Positions 1 through 6,570 of a stretch of DNA of 15,828 bases are shown one piece after another. Positions within the stretch are counted from its first letter, which is position 1, and each line of letters opens with the position of its first letter. The position numbers and the translations under genes are program-made. The DNA is from a virus. The stretch lies in the IMG/VR virus record IMGVR_UViG_3300031997_002496; one strand, written 5' to 3'. The notes under the pieces were generated by a model, which did not search any database, was not told where the DNA came from, and saw nothing but the letters and a program-made list of their open reading frames with translations.

Positions 1-40
1 TTTAGCCGGGCCTTCGACCTTCAAGATGTTCTCGCACCAA

Positions 41-301
41 TTAGGCATCGCGTTTGTACTCCATCCTCTGATTCTCTTCCGCGACCAACTTCTCGAACTG
101 CTCGATCAACTTCTGCTTGTTTCCCTTAAGCCCGTACTCCTGCTTCACGCGGGTGAAGCACGAAGGACCTCGGGTCAGTTTCATGCCGGTCTTGAGCTCG
201 GTCTTCATCCCATGCAGCAGGGTGTTCATGCGAAAAAAATTGACTGCCTTCGGACCGTCGAACAACGTCGGCGTTCCGTCCTTCGTTACGCTGATAGTCA
301 A
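41..301 (-). CDS. hypothetical small protein (86 aa)
   Basis: ATG at 299-301 (minus) preceded by AAGGAGG with a 4-nt spacer; stop TAA at 41-43. No family recognised. The N-terminus MTISV is identical to that of the 10188..10613 protein. Confidence 0.6.
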   Translation of the reverse strand: MTISVTKDGTPTLFDGPKAVNFFRMNTLLHGMKTELKTGMKLTRGPSCFTRVKQEYGLKGNKQKLIEQFEKLVAEENQRMEYKRDA

Positions 302-325
302 TGCAGCCTCCTTTGTGTGCAGGGG

Positions 326-353
326 CTTATACCCAAATCACCCCGCTTTTACG
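326..353 (-). promoter_or_regulatory. putative promoter (CGTAAA-N16-TATAAG, read on the minus strand) for gene 41..301
   Basis: Minus-strand reading: CGTAAAAGCGGGGTGATTTGGGTATAAG, followed about 14 nt later by AAAGGAGG and the ATG. A near-identical arrangement sits upstream of gene 10188..10613. It lies in the 76-bp divergent intergenic region 302..377. On the plus strand the same core reads TTATAC and could serve gene 378..731. Confidence 0.4.
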
Positions 354-377
354 GGTGGCCGGGCCTACACTTGGGGC

Positions 378-731
378 GTGAAGACGGTACTGGTAGTAGA
401 CGACGACACCCTCATACGGAGGCTCGTACATGACGCGCTGACCAAGCGTGGGGGCTACGCTGTGCTCGAAGCCGAGGACGGTGTGGACGGGGTAGCGCGC
501 TTTCTGCTGCACAGGCCTGACATCCTCATCACGGACATCTCGATGCCAAACAGCGACGGCTTGGAGATGCTCGACGTTCTCAAAAAAGGAAAGCTGCTCG
601 AAGGCGTCCGCGTCGTCATCATGTCCGGCGTGTTGAACACGGAGACGCTCCGCGCAAAAAATACCGGCGCCGCCGCGCTACTGAGTAAACCGTTCAACCT
701 TCAAGAGCTGTACGATGCCATTGGGGGATGA
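378..731 (+). CDS. stand-alone CheY-like response-regulator receiver domain protein (about 117 aa)
   Basis: C-terminal part of ORF 117..731. GTG at 378 (MKTVLVVDDDTL...) is the first in-frame start after the divergent intergenic region. Receiver motifs occur in canonical order: acidic pocket VVDDD, phospho-acceptor Asp in ILITDISMP (codon 534-536), Ser in VIMSG, Lys in LSKPF. There is no output domain. The exact start is uncertain. Confidence 0.85.
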   Translation: MKTVLVVDDDTLIRRLVHDALTKRGGYAVLEAEDGVDGVARFLLHRPDILITDISMPNSDGLEMLDVLKKGKLLEGVRVVIMSGVLNTETLRAKNTGAAALLSKPFNLQELYDAIGG

Positions 732-734
732 GGC

Positions 735-1010
735 ATGCGTCGAACAAAGCGAGCAGGAATCGGGGAAGAGAAAGTGAAGAAGATTTCCGTCAAGCGACTC
801 CCCCGCAAGACCTCCTTCATTGTGCAGTACTCTGACGGACGTCGAGTAGAAACGTCGTACGTAGAGATCCAAGGAAATGCTACGCTCTACCTGGACCCTG
901 GAACGAAAGAGCCCGTCCTCCGGACAGAAGCAAACGTAAATCTCGGACACGCCACAGGAACCTGCGCGGTATGCGGGGGAGATACAGATGACCAACACGC
1001 CCATGCTTGA
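735..1010 (+). CDS. hypothetical protein (91 aa)
   Basis: ATG at 735, 3 nt after the receiver gene stop, preceded by GGGGATGAGG. It overlaps the next gene by 23 nt. No family recognised; there is a single CAVCGG near the C-terminus. Confidence 0.55.
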   Translation: MRRTKRAGIGEEKVKKISVKRLPRKTSFIVQYSDGRRVETSYVEIQGNATLYLDPGTKEPVLRTEANVNLGHATGTCAVCGGDTDDQHAHA

Positions 1011-3207
1011 CCGCTTCAAGATCGCCGCCAAGCAAAAGAAAGAAAAGAAGAAACCGGCGGAGCCGGAGTCCTTCAAATGGACAAGCGGCCCTGAGGAAAA
1101 AGAAGAGCCGGATGGTGCGGTCATGCGCGCCGCAAAGATGTTCGGTAAGGGTATGGGCGGGCTCGCCGCGGGAAATCTGGCAGCGACGCCTCTGGCCATA
1201 GGTACTTTCGCGCTGGACGACCGCCTCAAAGAGCAGAGGCCTGTAGGTACTCGGCAGATTGCCTCAGAGATGGGGCAGAAGATCGACAAGTATACGCACG
1301 GGGATCCTGGGGGCGGAGTCGGAGCGACCAGGGATGGGAAACTGGTTACGCTCATTCGTACGCGGCCAAAGGACTCAGAAGCCATCAAGGCGCACGAAGT
1401 GGGCCACGTCAAAAACGTTGAGATGGTTGGGAAGATGCCGTGGGGCCTCGCGCGAAGCGGCTCCGGAATGTTGACCAGTCTGAGTGGCCCCGCGGCGGGA
1501 GTCTATTCCGCCGTCGCCGACGACCCGTCGTACACCCCCTCGATGGTGCACCTCGGACTGAGCGCGCCGATCCTGTTGGACGAAGCTCTCGCATCTCTCC
1601 GAGCCCTGCATCACATGACTGGAAAGCATGGCCTCGGTACAGGGATGAAGCGGTCCCTCCCTCTGCTGCCAGCCTTTGGGTCGTATGCGGCGCAAGCCCT
1701 CGCACCGGCCGGAATCGTAGCGCTGCGCCGCTTCCTCAAAAAGAGGGAGGATGAAAAAAAAAAGACCAGCGGGGGAGTAGCCGAGAAAACGGCTAAGATC
1801 ACAACCAAGCTCAAGCCGCACCAACAGCGGGTCGTTGACCGCATGGAAGACGAAGACCAGCCGGGCATTGTGGCGGCCCATGGGTTGGGTTCCGGCAAAA
1901 CGCTGACAAGCCTGGCGGTGCAAGAGGCGCTCGGACTTCCTGCCGACATCGTAACACCTGCGGCCCTCCAGTCGAACTACCAAAAAGAGATCAAAGCTCA
2001 CACCACCAAGCATCCCGAAACACACATTCAAAGCTTGGAGGGCGTCGCTCGTACGGGCGGCTCGGGTCTCAAGAGCCCCTTCCTGGTGGTGGATGAAGCC
2101 CACCGTCTGCGAAATGCGGGCAAGGCTCGCACGGGGATCAAAGCTTCTCCAGCCAAGAAACGCCTCGCCCTCACCGGGTCCCTTCTCTACAACCACCCCT
2201 CCGACGTATCAGGCCCCATCAACATGGTAGCGGGGCGCTCCGTGCTTCCGGAGAACCCCGACGAATTCACTCAACGTTTCCTGCAAGACGTCCCCATGAG
2301 TCGCAGTCTCTGGGAACGTCTCCGGGGTACGCCCGCGTTCTATCAGACCCGTCTCAATCCAAAGTCGGTGGGGTCGCTCCAGGCAGCTCTCGACAAGTAC
2401 GTTGATTTTCACCCCGGTAGCACTGAGGACTTCCCGACGCGAGAAGACGCGACTGTCCGCGTACCGATGACCCGCGACCAGATGAAGCTGTACGAAAACG
2501 TTGGTAAGGATCAACCTGGCTGGCTGCGTCGGAAGGTTCTGATGAACCTCCCACCGACCAAAGCCGAAGCGAAACAGCTCAACGCTTTCCTCACCGGTGT
2601 CCGGCAGGTAGCCAACACAACGCAGGGATTTGACACCAGCGCCCACCCGGCGCACCAGCCGAAGATCGACCGAGCTGTGACAGAGCTGCAGAGCATGCTG
2701 GCGAAGAATCCTCGTGCGAAAGCAATCGTCTACTCGCACTACCTCGAATCAGGGATCGACCCGTACAAGAAGAAGCTTGAGGAACTCCACATCCCGCATG
2801 GTTCTTTCACCGGCGAGATGCCGCGCGCTGAACGGGACCGCATGGTGAAAGACTACAACTCCGGGAAGCTGAAAGCCCTGCTGCTCTCCAGCGCCGGCGG
2901 CGAAGGCTTGGACCTCAAGGGAACTCGCCTCATCCAACTCCTCGAGCCCCACTGGAATCAGGAGAAGCTGAAGCAGGTCATCGGTCGCGGCATCCGCTAC
3001 AAGAGCCACTCCGGCCTCCCCGAGAATGAGCGAAACGTCCTGGTGCAGCGGTACCTCGCAACGCGAGCTCCCTACGGAGCCATGGAGCGCCTGGGCCTAC
3101 GCAAGCCCGGCTACGGCGTAGATGAGTACCTCGATGAGATGGGCGCCCGTAAGGAGCAGCTGAACGAGCAGGTCCGGCGCATGCTGCGAGAGCCACAAAG
3201 TACTTGA
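988..3207 (+). CDS. SNF2-family (SF2) helicase/translocase with an N-terminal HExxH metallopeptidase-like region (739 aa)
   Basis: ATG at 988 after GGGGGAG. SNF2/SF2 motifs occur in order: KPHQQRVV (Q/Ia-like), GLGSGKT (1882-1902), LVVDEAHRLRN with DEAH at 2092-2103, LTGSLLYN, AIVYSHY, SSAGGEGLDL, QVIGRGIRYKS. The N-terminal region of about 250 aa has a Lys/Glu-rich start, then HEVGH (1393-1407) within IKAHEVGHVKN, flanked by Gly-rich or hydrophobic stretches (GMGGLAAGNLAATPLAIGTFAL; LPLLPAFGSYAAQALAPAGIVAL). Confidence 0.9.
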   Translation: MTNTPMLDRFKIAAKQKKEKKKPAEPESFKWTSGPEEKEEPDGAVMRAAKMFGKGMGGLAAGNLAATPLAIGTFALDDRLKEQRPVGTRQIASEMGQKIDKYTHGDPGGGVGATRDGKLVTLIRTRPKDSEAIKAHEVGHVKNVEMVGKMPWGLARSGSGMLTSLSGPAAGVYSAVADDPSYTPSMVHLGLSAPILLDEALASLRALHHMTGKHGLGTGMKRSLPLLPAFGSYAAQALAPAGIVALRRFLKKREDEKKKTSGGVAEKTAKITTKLKPHQQRVVDRMEDEDQPGIVAAHGLGSGKTLTSLAVQEALGLPADIVTPAALQSNYQKEIKAHTTKHPETHIQSLEGVARTGGSGLKSPFLVVDEAHRLRNAGKARTGIKASPAKKRLALTGSLLYNHPSDVSGPINMVAGRSVLPENPDEFTQRFLQDVPMSRSLWERLRGTPAFYQTRLNPKSVGSLQAALDKYVDFHPGSTEDFPTREDATVRVPMTRDQMKLYENVGKDQPGWLRRKVLMNLPPTKAEAKQLNAFLTGVRQVANTTQGFDTSAHPAHQPKIDRAVTELQSMLAKNPRAKAIVYSHYLESGIDPYKKKLEELHIPHGSFTGEMPRAERDRMVKDYNSGKLKALLLSSAGGEGLDLKGTRLIQLLEPHWNQEKLKQVIGRGIRYKSHSGLPENERNVLVQRYLATRAPYGAMERLGLRKPGYGVDEYLDEMGARKEQLNEQVRRMLREPQST

Positions 3208-3232
3208 CGCTGATATACAAATAGTGTCTAAG

Positions 3233-3262
3233 GGCGCTTCCTCGCGGTACCCTGGGAGCGCC
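3233..3262 (+). promoter_or_regulatory. stem-loop abutting the start codon of gene 3264..3521
   Basis: GGCGCTTCC (3233-3241) pairs with GGGAGCGCC (3254-3262) as 9 bp including one G:U, with a 12-nt loop. The 3-prime arm ends 1 nt before ATG 3264 and no Shine-Dalgarno is visible. TATACA at 3214-3219 lies upstream. There is no U-tract, so this is not a classical terminator. Confidence 0.25.
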
Positions 3263-3263
3263 T

Positions 3264-3521
3264 ATGTGGAAACCCGTTGCTCGCGGTGACTGGCCGTTCT
3301 GGGCCTTGGACCTGAACTCGCTCTGGCAACACAAGTCGGGACACTGGCTATCGAGTACAACCAACAGCCACTCAACGCTGTGGGAACTCCGCGCTGTGGA
3401 CGGGAAGACCTTGACGAATCAGATGGACCTTCCCTTCCGTGAAGGGCTGGACGGCGCCCCCGTAGCGTGGGCAAACCTGGAGCTGGATCGGCGAAAGGGG
3501 AGTGTCAATGCTCAGCCTTGA
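3264..3521 (+). CDS. hypothetical Trp-rich protein (85 aa)
   Basis: ORF on the same strand as its neighbours; its stop overlaps the start of the next ORF. No family recognised and no clear RBS. Confidence 0.45.
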   Translation: MWKPVARGDWPFWALDLNSLWQHKSGHWLSSTTNSHSTLWELRAVDGKTLTNQMDLPFREGLDGAPVAWANLELDRRKGSVNAQP

Positions 3522-3699
3522 TGTACAGCTGCGCCGCGCCGCTCTCAACTACGGGAAGTGGCAAAAGAAGGCGAAGGAATCCCAAACCATGAAAGATCGA
3601 ATCCGGTTCGTGCACGCCGAAACAAAGTTGGGTATGGCAGCCCAAGCGGTTTTCGAGAAGGAGCAAAAACGTGAAGCGCGAGGAAGAAACAAAGGCTAG
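3508..3699 (+). CDS. hypothetical basic protein (63 aa from ATG 3508; GTG 3502 possible)
   Basis: AAAGGGGAG (3494-3502) lies 5 nt before ATG 3508. The protein is Lys/Arg-rich and predicted helical. No family recognised. Confidence 0.45.
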   Translation: MLSLDVQLRRAALNYGKWQKKAKESQTMKDRIRFVHAETKLGMAAQAVFEKEQKREARGRNKG

Positions 3700-3880
3700 G
3701 TCCCGCGCTGCATGGCGGGCATGGTACAGACGGCACCACGCCGAAGCGAAGGCATACTACCGGGAACGGTACGCAGAAAAGCTGAAGAAGGAGACCTCCG
3801 AGGAACGCGAACTGCGATTGGCGCAGGCACGCAAACACCAGAAGAAGTACGCAAGTCGTAAAAAGAAAATCAAGGAGTAG
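3671..3880 (+). CDS. highly basic helical small protein (69 aa), possibly nucleic-acid binding
   Basis: GTG at 3671 preceded by GAAGGAG (3656-3662). The sequence AWRAWYRRHHAEAKAYYRERYAEKLKKE...KKYASRKKKIKE is extremely Lys/Arg/Tyr-rich. Confidence 0.5.
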   Translation: MKREEETKARSRAAWRAWYRRHHAEAKAYYRERYAEKLKKETSEERELRLAQARKHQKKYASRKKKIKE

Positions 3881-3883
3881 CCC

Positions 3884-4378
3884 ATGTTCGTCGTACTCGA
3901 TCTTGACCAGACCCTCGCTGACAATGCCCACCGCGCCCATCACGTAGAAAAGGAACCCAAGAACTGGGATGCGTTCTTTGCTCCGGACCTCGTCATCAAA
4001 GACACGGTCATCGTGGGCGCAGAACGTGTCCTCACCCACTTCAATGACTTGAAATACGACTTCGTCATCCTCACAGGACGTAACGAAGATCTCCGCGACA
4101 CGACCATGCGCTGGATCCAAGAGAAGCTGAGCATCACGGTGCTCGATACACACCTGCTCATGCGCCCCAACGGAAACATGCTCAACGCGGCGGAGTTCAA
4201 GCGGGAGCAGCTGCTCAACTTCAAGCAGGGGCTCGAGAATCGAGACAGCGACTTCATCATCATCGATGATGACTCCGCGGTAGGAGCGGCTCTGAGTTCT
4301 TTCGGTGTCGTCCTCAAGGCGCCGGAGTGCTGGCCTCTTCTTTTCCCGGTCCAGGAACCCGAGAAAATCGAAGAGTAG
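3884..4378 (+). CDS. HAD-superfamily phosphatase, T4 Pnkp phosphatase-domain-like (164 aa)
   Basis: ATG at 3884 after AAGGAG. HAD motif I is DLDQT at the extreme N-terminus (MFVVLDLDQTLA, 3899-3913), motif II is ILTGR, and motif III/IV is Lys (FKREQ) followed by IIIDDD. The size and the pattern WDAFF ... LTGRNEDLRDTTMRWI ... LLMRP match stand-alone phage polynucleotide 3-prime-phosphatase/nucleotidase-type HAD proteins. Confidence 0.8.
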   Translation: MFVVLDLDQTLADNAHRAHHVEKEPKNWDAFFAPDLVIKDTVIVGAERVLTHFNDLKYDFVILTGRNEDLRDTTMRWIQEKLSITVLDTHLLMRPNGNMLNAAEFKREQLLNFKQGLENRDSDFIIIDDDSAVGAALSSFGVVLKAPECWPLLFPVQEPEKIEE

Positions 4379-4381
4379 CCC

Positions 4382-4387
4382 TATACT
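4382..4387 (+). promoter_or_regulatory. TATACT -10-like hexamer 5 nt upstream of ATG 4393 (implies a leaderless or near-leaderless mRNA)
   Basis: The sequence is CCCTATACTGGCGCATG. There is no room for a Shine-Dalgarno between the hexamer and the ATG. The same CTATACT heptamer recurs at 5040-5046 and 13896-13902, both in intergenic positions. Confidence 0.35.
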
Positions 4388-4392
4388 GGCGC

Positions 4393-5028
4393 ATGCCGCT
4401 CAACGGGGCATACTCCTGGAAAGAGGACAATCTCTCCCCCGACGAGCGGGTTGACCATTTTTTCAATTTGATTGATCACGCCGTCGAGAACGGAATTCCG
4501 CTAGCTGAGCTGTTCCACCGGAAGCACGTCAAAAGCTTCCTCCTCTATCTCTTGCAACGGTACGACGAGCCCTGTAAAACCTGCAACCTTCGCCCAACTA
4601 AAGGATCAACCACAATGCCCAAGCTGACTCTGACCAGTACGTTTGCCTCGTCCATCGTCATCGGTGATCCGGCCAACATCACCTTCACCTTGCTCCCCAA
4701 AGAGACGAAGTCCGTAGAAGTGACGGATGTCCAACTCCGCCAGCTCACCCCAGGCCTGGAGAAGCTCAAAGGAGCTGGCTGGCTGAACTACGTGGCAGGC
4801 GTCGCGGCTCCCGTCGCTGTCCCAGAGCCCGTCAAGGTGGTCGAAGACGTGAAGGTCGTCGCAGTGCCGGTGGCCCCGCCGCCCGCTCCTGAGCCCGTTG
4901 CCGCCCCTGAACCCGTAGCGGCCCCTGAGCCTGCCGCTGAGGAAGCCGCCGCCCCTGAGGCTCCCGTGGCGAAGGTGGAAGAGGCTCCGAAGCAGAACCT
5001 CTTCGACCGGAAGAATCGCAACCGCTAA
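4393..5028 (+). CDS. hypothetical protein with a C-terminal Pro/Ala/Glu-rich repeat linker (212 aa from ATG 4393; alternative ATG 4615)
   Basis: ORF 4327..5028. The first 22 codons overlap the HAD gene and precede the TATACT element, so ATG 4393 (MPLNGAYSWKED...) is preferred. ATG 4615 (MPKLTLTST...) is preceded by AAAGGA and is an alternative or internal start. The C-terminus is APEPVA-type low complexity ending in KQNLFDRKNRNR. Confidence 0.6.
   Translation: MPLNGAYSWKEDNLSPDERVDHFFNLIDHAVENGIPLAELFHRKHVKSFLLYLLQRYDEPCKTCNLRPTKGSTTMPKLTLTSTFASSIVIGDPANITFTLLPKETKSVEVTDVQLRQLTPGLEKLKGAGWLNYVAGVAAPVAVPEPVKVVEDVKVVAVPVAPPPAPEPVAAPEPVAAPEPAAEEAAAPEAPVAKVEEAPKQNLFDRKNRNR
4885..4968 (+). repeat. 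imperfect 18-bp in-frame tandem repeat encoding (A)PEPVA units
   Basis: The units are gctcctgagcccgttgcc, gcccctgaacccgtagcg and gcccctgagcctgccgct, then a 12-nt spacer, then gcccctgaggctcccgtg. The repeat lies inside CDS 4393..5028 and encodes APEPVAAPEPVAAPEPAAEEAAAPEAPV. Confidence 0.8.
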
Positions 5029-5040
5029 GCCGTTTTTCAC

Positions 5041-5046
5041 TATACT
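5041..5046 (+). promoter_or_regulatory. TATACT -10-like hexamer 7 nt upstream of ATG 5054
   Basis: The sequence is CACTATACTCGGAGGCATG. The GGAGG is only 1 nt from the ATG, too close to act as a Shine-Dalgarno. A transcript starting about 7 nt after the hexamer would therefore be leaderless. Confidence 0.35.
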
Positions 5047-5053
5047 CGGAGGC

Positions 5054-5470
5054 ATGAGCCACCCTCTCGAGAATGCCTACTGGACCGGCCAGGTCGCGGC
5101 CTGTGAATCGTTTGGCGTCAAAGAAGCTGGAGTCCTCGGACAGATCGGCAAGTGGGGCGGCAAAGCCCTGCAATGGGGTGGGCGTGCCGCCGGAGTTGTA
5201 CCGGTCGCCGGTGAGGCCGTCGGCGCTATCGCTGGTGGCCTCGGCGGCGTGATGCAGGGCGCTGCCCAAGGTGAAGGCTGGAAGGGCATGGCCGCTCGCG
5301 GAGCGGCCGGTGCTGCCACTGGCGCGATGCCTCTCGGAGCTGGTCTGGTCGCTGGCGCTGCGAGTGATCTCGCGCTCGACAAGATGCTGGCGAAGAAACC
5401 CCCGGGGCCTCAGAACGCCCCAATGCCGGGGATGATGGGGCAGGGGCACCTTCCGGGGCATGCTGCGTGA
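5054..5470 (+). CDS. Gly/Ala-rich protein (138 aa) with N-terminal Y-x2-G-x2-A-A-x3-F motif
   Basis: ATG at 5054; stop TGA overlaps the next start. The motif AYWTGQVAACESFG is at 5078..5113. It is followed by glycine-zipper-like stretches (AGEAVGAIAGGLGGVMQGAAQG, GAAGAATGAMPLGAGLVAGAAS) and a Pro/Met/Gly tail. Confidence 0.65.
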   Translation: MSHPLENAYWTGQVAACESFGVKEAGVLGQIGKWGGKALQWGGRAAGVVPVAGEAVGAIAGGLGGVMQGAAQGEGWKGMAARGAAGAATGAMPLGAGLVAGAASDLALDKMLAKKPPGPQNAPMPGMMGQGHLPGHAA

Positions 5471-5952
5471 TGTCCCTCTCTCACCACGCATACAGCCTCG
5501 GAGCCTCGGACGCCAAAGTGGCGTTCTTTGGAGAGCTCTACGAGAAGCACATCAAAGGGGATCTTGGCCCCTTCGCGAGCGGTCTCTTCGTAGGGAGCCC
5601 TCTTAGTGCCGCGGCGGCAGGAGCCGCGGGACAAGCTCTCGACACGCCGGCTGGAGGATCAAAGATTCTCCGAAGTATCGGTGTCGGAGCCGGTGCAGCG
5701 GCGGCGAATAAGGTAGTTTCCCCTATCGCTAATTTCGTAGCCCATGCGGTAATGATGGGGCTCAACCCCATTCTGTATTCTTTGCCGGTGTTGGGATACC
5801 CGCCAGTCGCCGCGGCTATTTCGCAGCTGCTCGGAACCGCGATCCACGAGATTCCGACAGGTATCGCCCAGTCGTATGCTGCAACAAAGGGCCGAGCAGC
5901 GGCGCAACATCTTGAGAAGTTCCTACAGAAAAAGGACGTGAGGGTACCATGA
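5470..5952 (+). CDS. Gly/Ala-rich hydrophobic protein (160 aa) with N-terminal copy of the shared motif
   Basis: ATG at 5470 shares its A with the upstream TGA (GTGATG; GTG 5467 is also possible). The motif AYSLGASDAKVAFFG is at 5491..5526. Hydrophobic stretches (SIGVGAGAAAANKVV, MMGLNPILYSLPVLGYPPVAAAISQLLG) may be membrane-active. Confidence 0.65.
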   Translation: MSLSHHAYSLGASDAKVAFFGELYEKHIKGDLGPFASGLFVGSPLSAAAAGAAGQALDTPAGGSKILRSIGVGAGAAAANKVVSPIANFVAHAVMMGLNPILYSLPVLGYPPVAAAISQLLGTAIHEIPTGIAQSYAATKGRAAAQHLEKFLQKKDVRVP

Positions 5953-6563
5953 TGACCAAAGAATGCACCTGCAAGGACGGCAAGAAAGATCCGAAGTGCA
6001 AGGCTTGCTCGAAGGGTGACGTCAACCTGGACAGCTTTCACCGCCTGAATCCTGAGGCCAAGCCCAAGACGGCTGGGCAGTTCAAGCTCGCCGGAGGGAA
6101 CCCCGGACTGTGGGGTGGGCTGAGTCAGGCCACCAAAGACCGCATCCTCAGCGCGGGCAAGGCGGGGCTCACCAGCGCCGTGCTGCCTGCGGCGGGCTCT
6201 GCGCTCGCAGCGGGTCTGGCGGCTGAACCGGGGCAGGGCTGGTCCGACGCGGCGAAGGCAGGGCTCGTGGGCGCAACGGCTGGCGGGCTTGCTGGCGCAG
6301 GACACCACCTCGGCATGACGGGGTCCAGCGACCTGGCGCACAGCTACCAGCGCGGCATCGGCGGCGACGTTCGAAACATGGGCAACTGGGGACGAGAGCA
6401 GATGGGACGCCCACTTCTGGCGCACCCCAACACCCCGCCACCGCCGAAAGTTGTTCCTGCTCCCGATGTGACGCCGACTCCCTCTGTCACCCCTGAAATT
6501 CCGAAGACGGGGATGTTCTACGAGTTCGGGAAGACCGCGGCGCTCTCTGCCTTCGCAATCTGA
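5949..6563 (+). CDS. Gly/Ala-rich protein (204 aa) with an N-terminal Cys knuckle and a C-terminal copy of the shared motif
   Basis: ATG at 5949 in an ATGA overlap with the upstream stop, preceded by GTGAGGG. The N-terminus is CTCKDGKKDPKCKAC (CxC...CxxC). The middle is Gly/Ala-rich and is followed by a Pro-rich stretch. The C-terminus is FYEFGKTAALSAFAI-stop (6519..6554). Confidence 0.7.
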   Translation: MMTKECTCKDGKKDPKCKACSKGDVNLDSFHRLNPEAKPKTAGQFKLAGGNPGLWGGLSQATKDRILSAGKAGLTSAVLPAAGSALAAGLAAEPGQGWSDAAKAGLVGATAGGLAGAGHHLGMTGSSDLAHSYQRGIGGDVRNMGNWGREQMGRPLLAHPNTPPPPKVVPAPDVTPTPSVTPEIPKTGMFYEFGKTAALSAFAI

Positions 6564-6570
6564 GACTCCC

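Noticed and set aside
26-377. Upstream extensions of the receiver ORF (117..377) and ORF 26..433
   Set aside because: They overlap the minus-strand gene 41..301, which has a strong AAGGAGG RBS, and they overlap the divergent promoter region. The translated extension has no receiver-domain homology.
678-2196. Minus-strand ORFs 678..1412 (244 aa) and 1375..2196 (273 aa)
   Set aside because: They are antisense to the receiver, small-ORF and SNF2 genes, whose motifs are unambiguous. The antisense translations are Ser/Arg/Pro-rich with no recognisable domains.
3545-4153. 202-aa minus-strand ORF
   Set aside because: It is antisense to three small plus-strand genes and the HAD phosphatase, which has clear DxDxT motifs. 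No RBS or family signal.
4327-4392. N-terminal extension of ORF 4327..5028
   Set aside because: It overlaps the 3-prime end of the HAD gene and reads through the TATACT element. The translation (MLASSFPGPGTRENRRVALYWR) looks non-coding, so ATG 4393 is preferred.
4885-4968. 18-bp tandem repeats as a possible CRISPR or minisatellite
   Set aside because: The units are contiguous with no spacers, in-frame and inside a CDS. They simply encode a Pro/Ala/Glu-rich linker.
5054-5200. Classical double-glycine bacteriocin leader in the Gly-rich proteins as a C39 substrate signal
   Set aside because: The N-termini do not fit the L-x3-E-L-x2-I-x-G-G leader consensus at the expected spacing before any GG. 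This is kept only as a loose possibility under the C39 finding.
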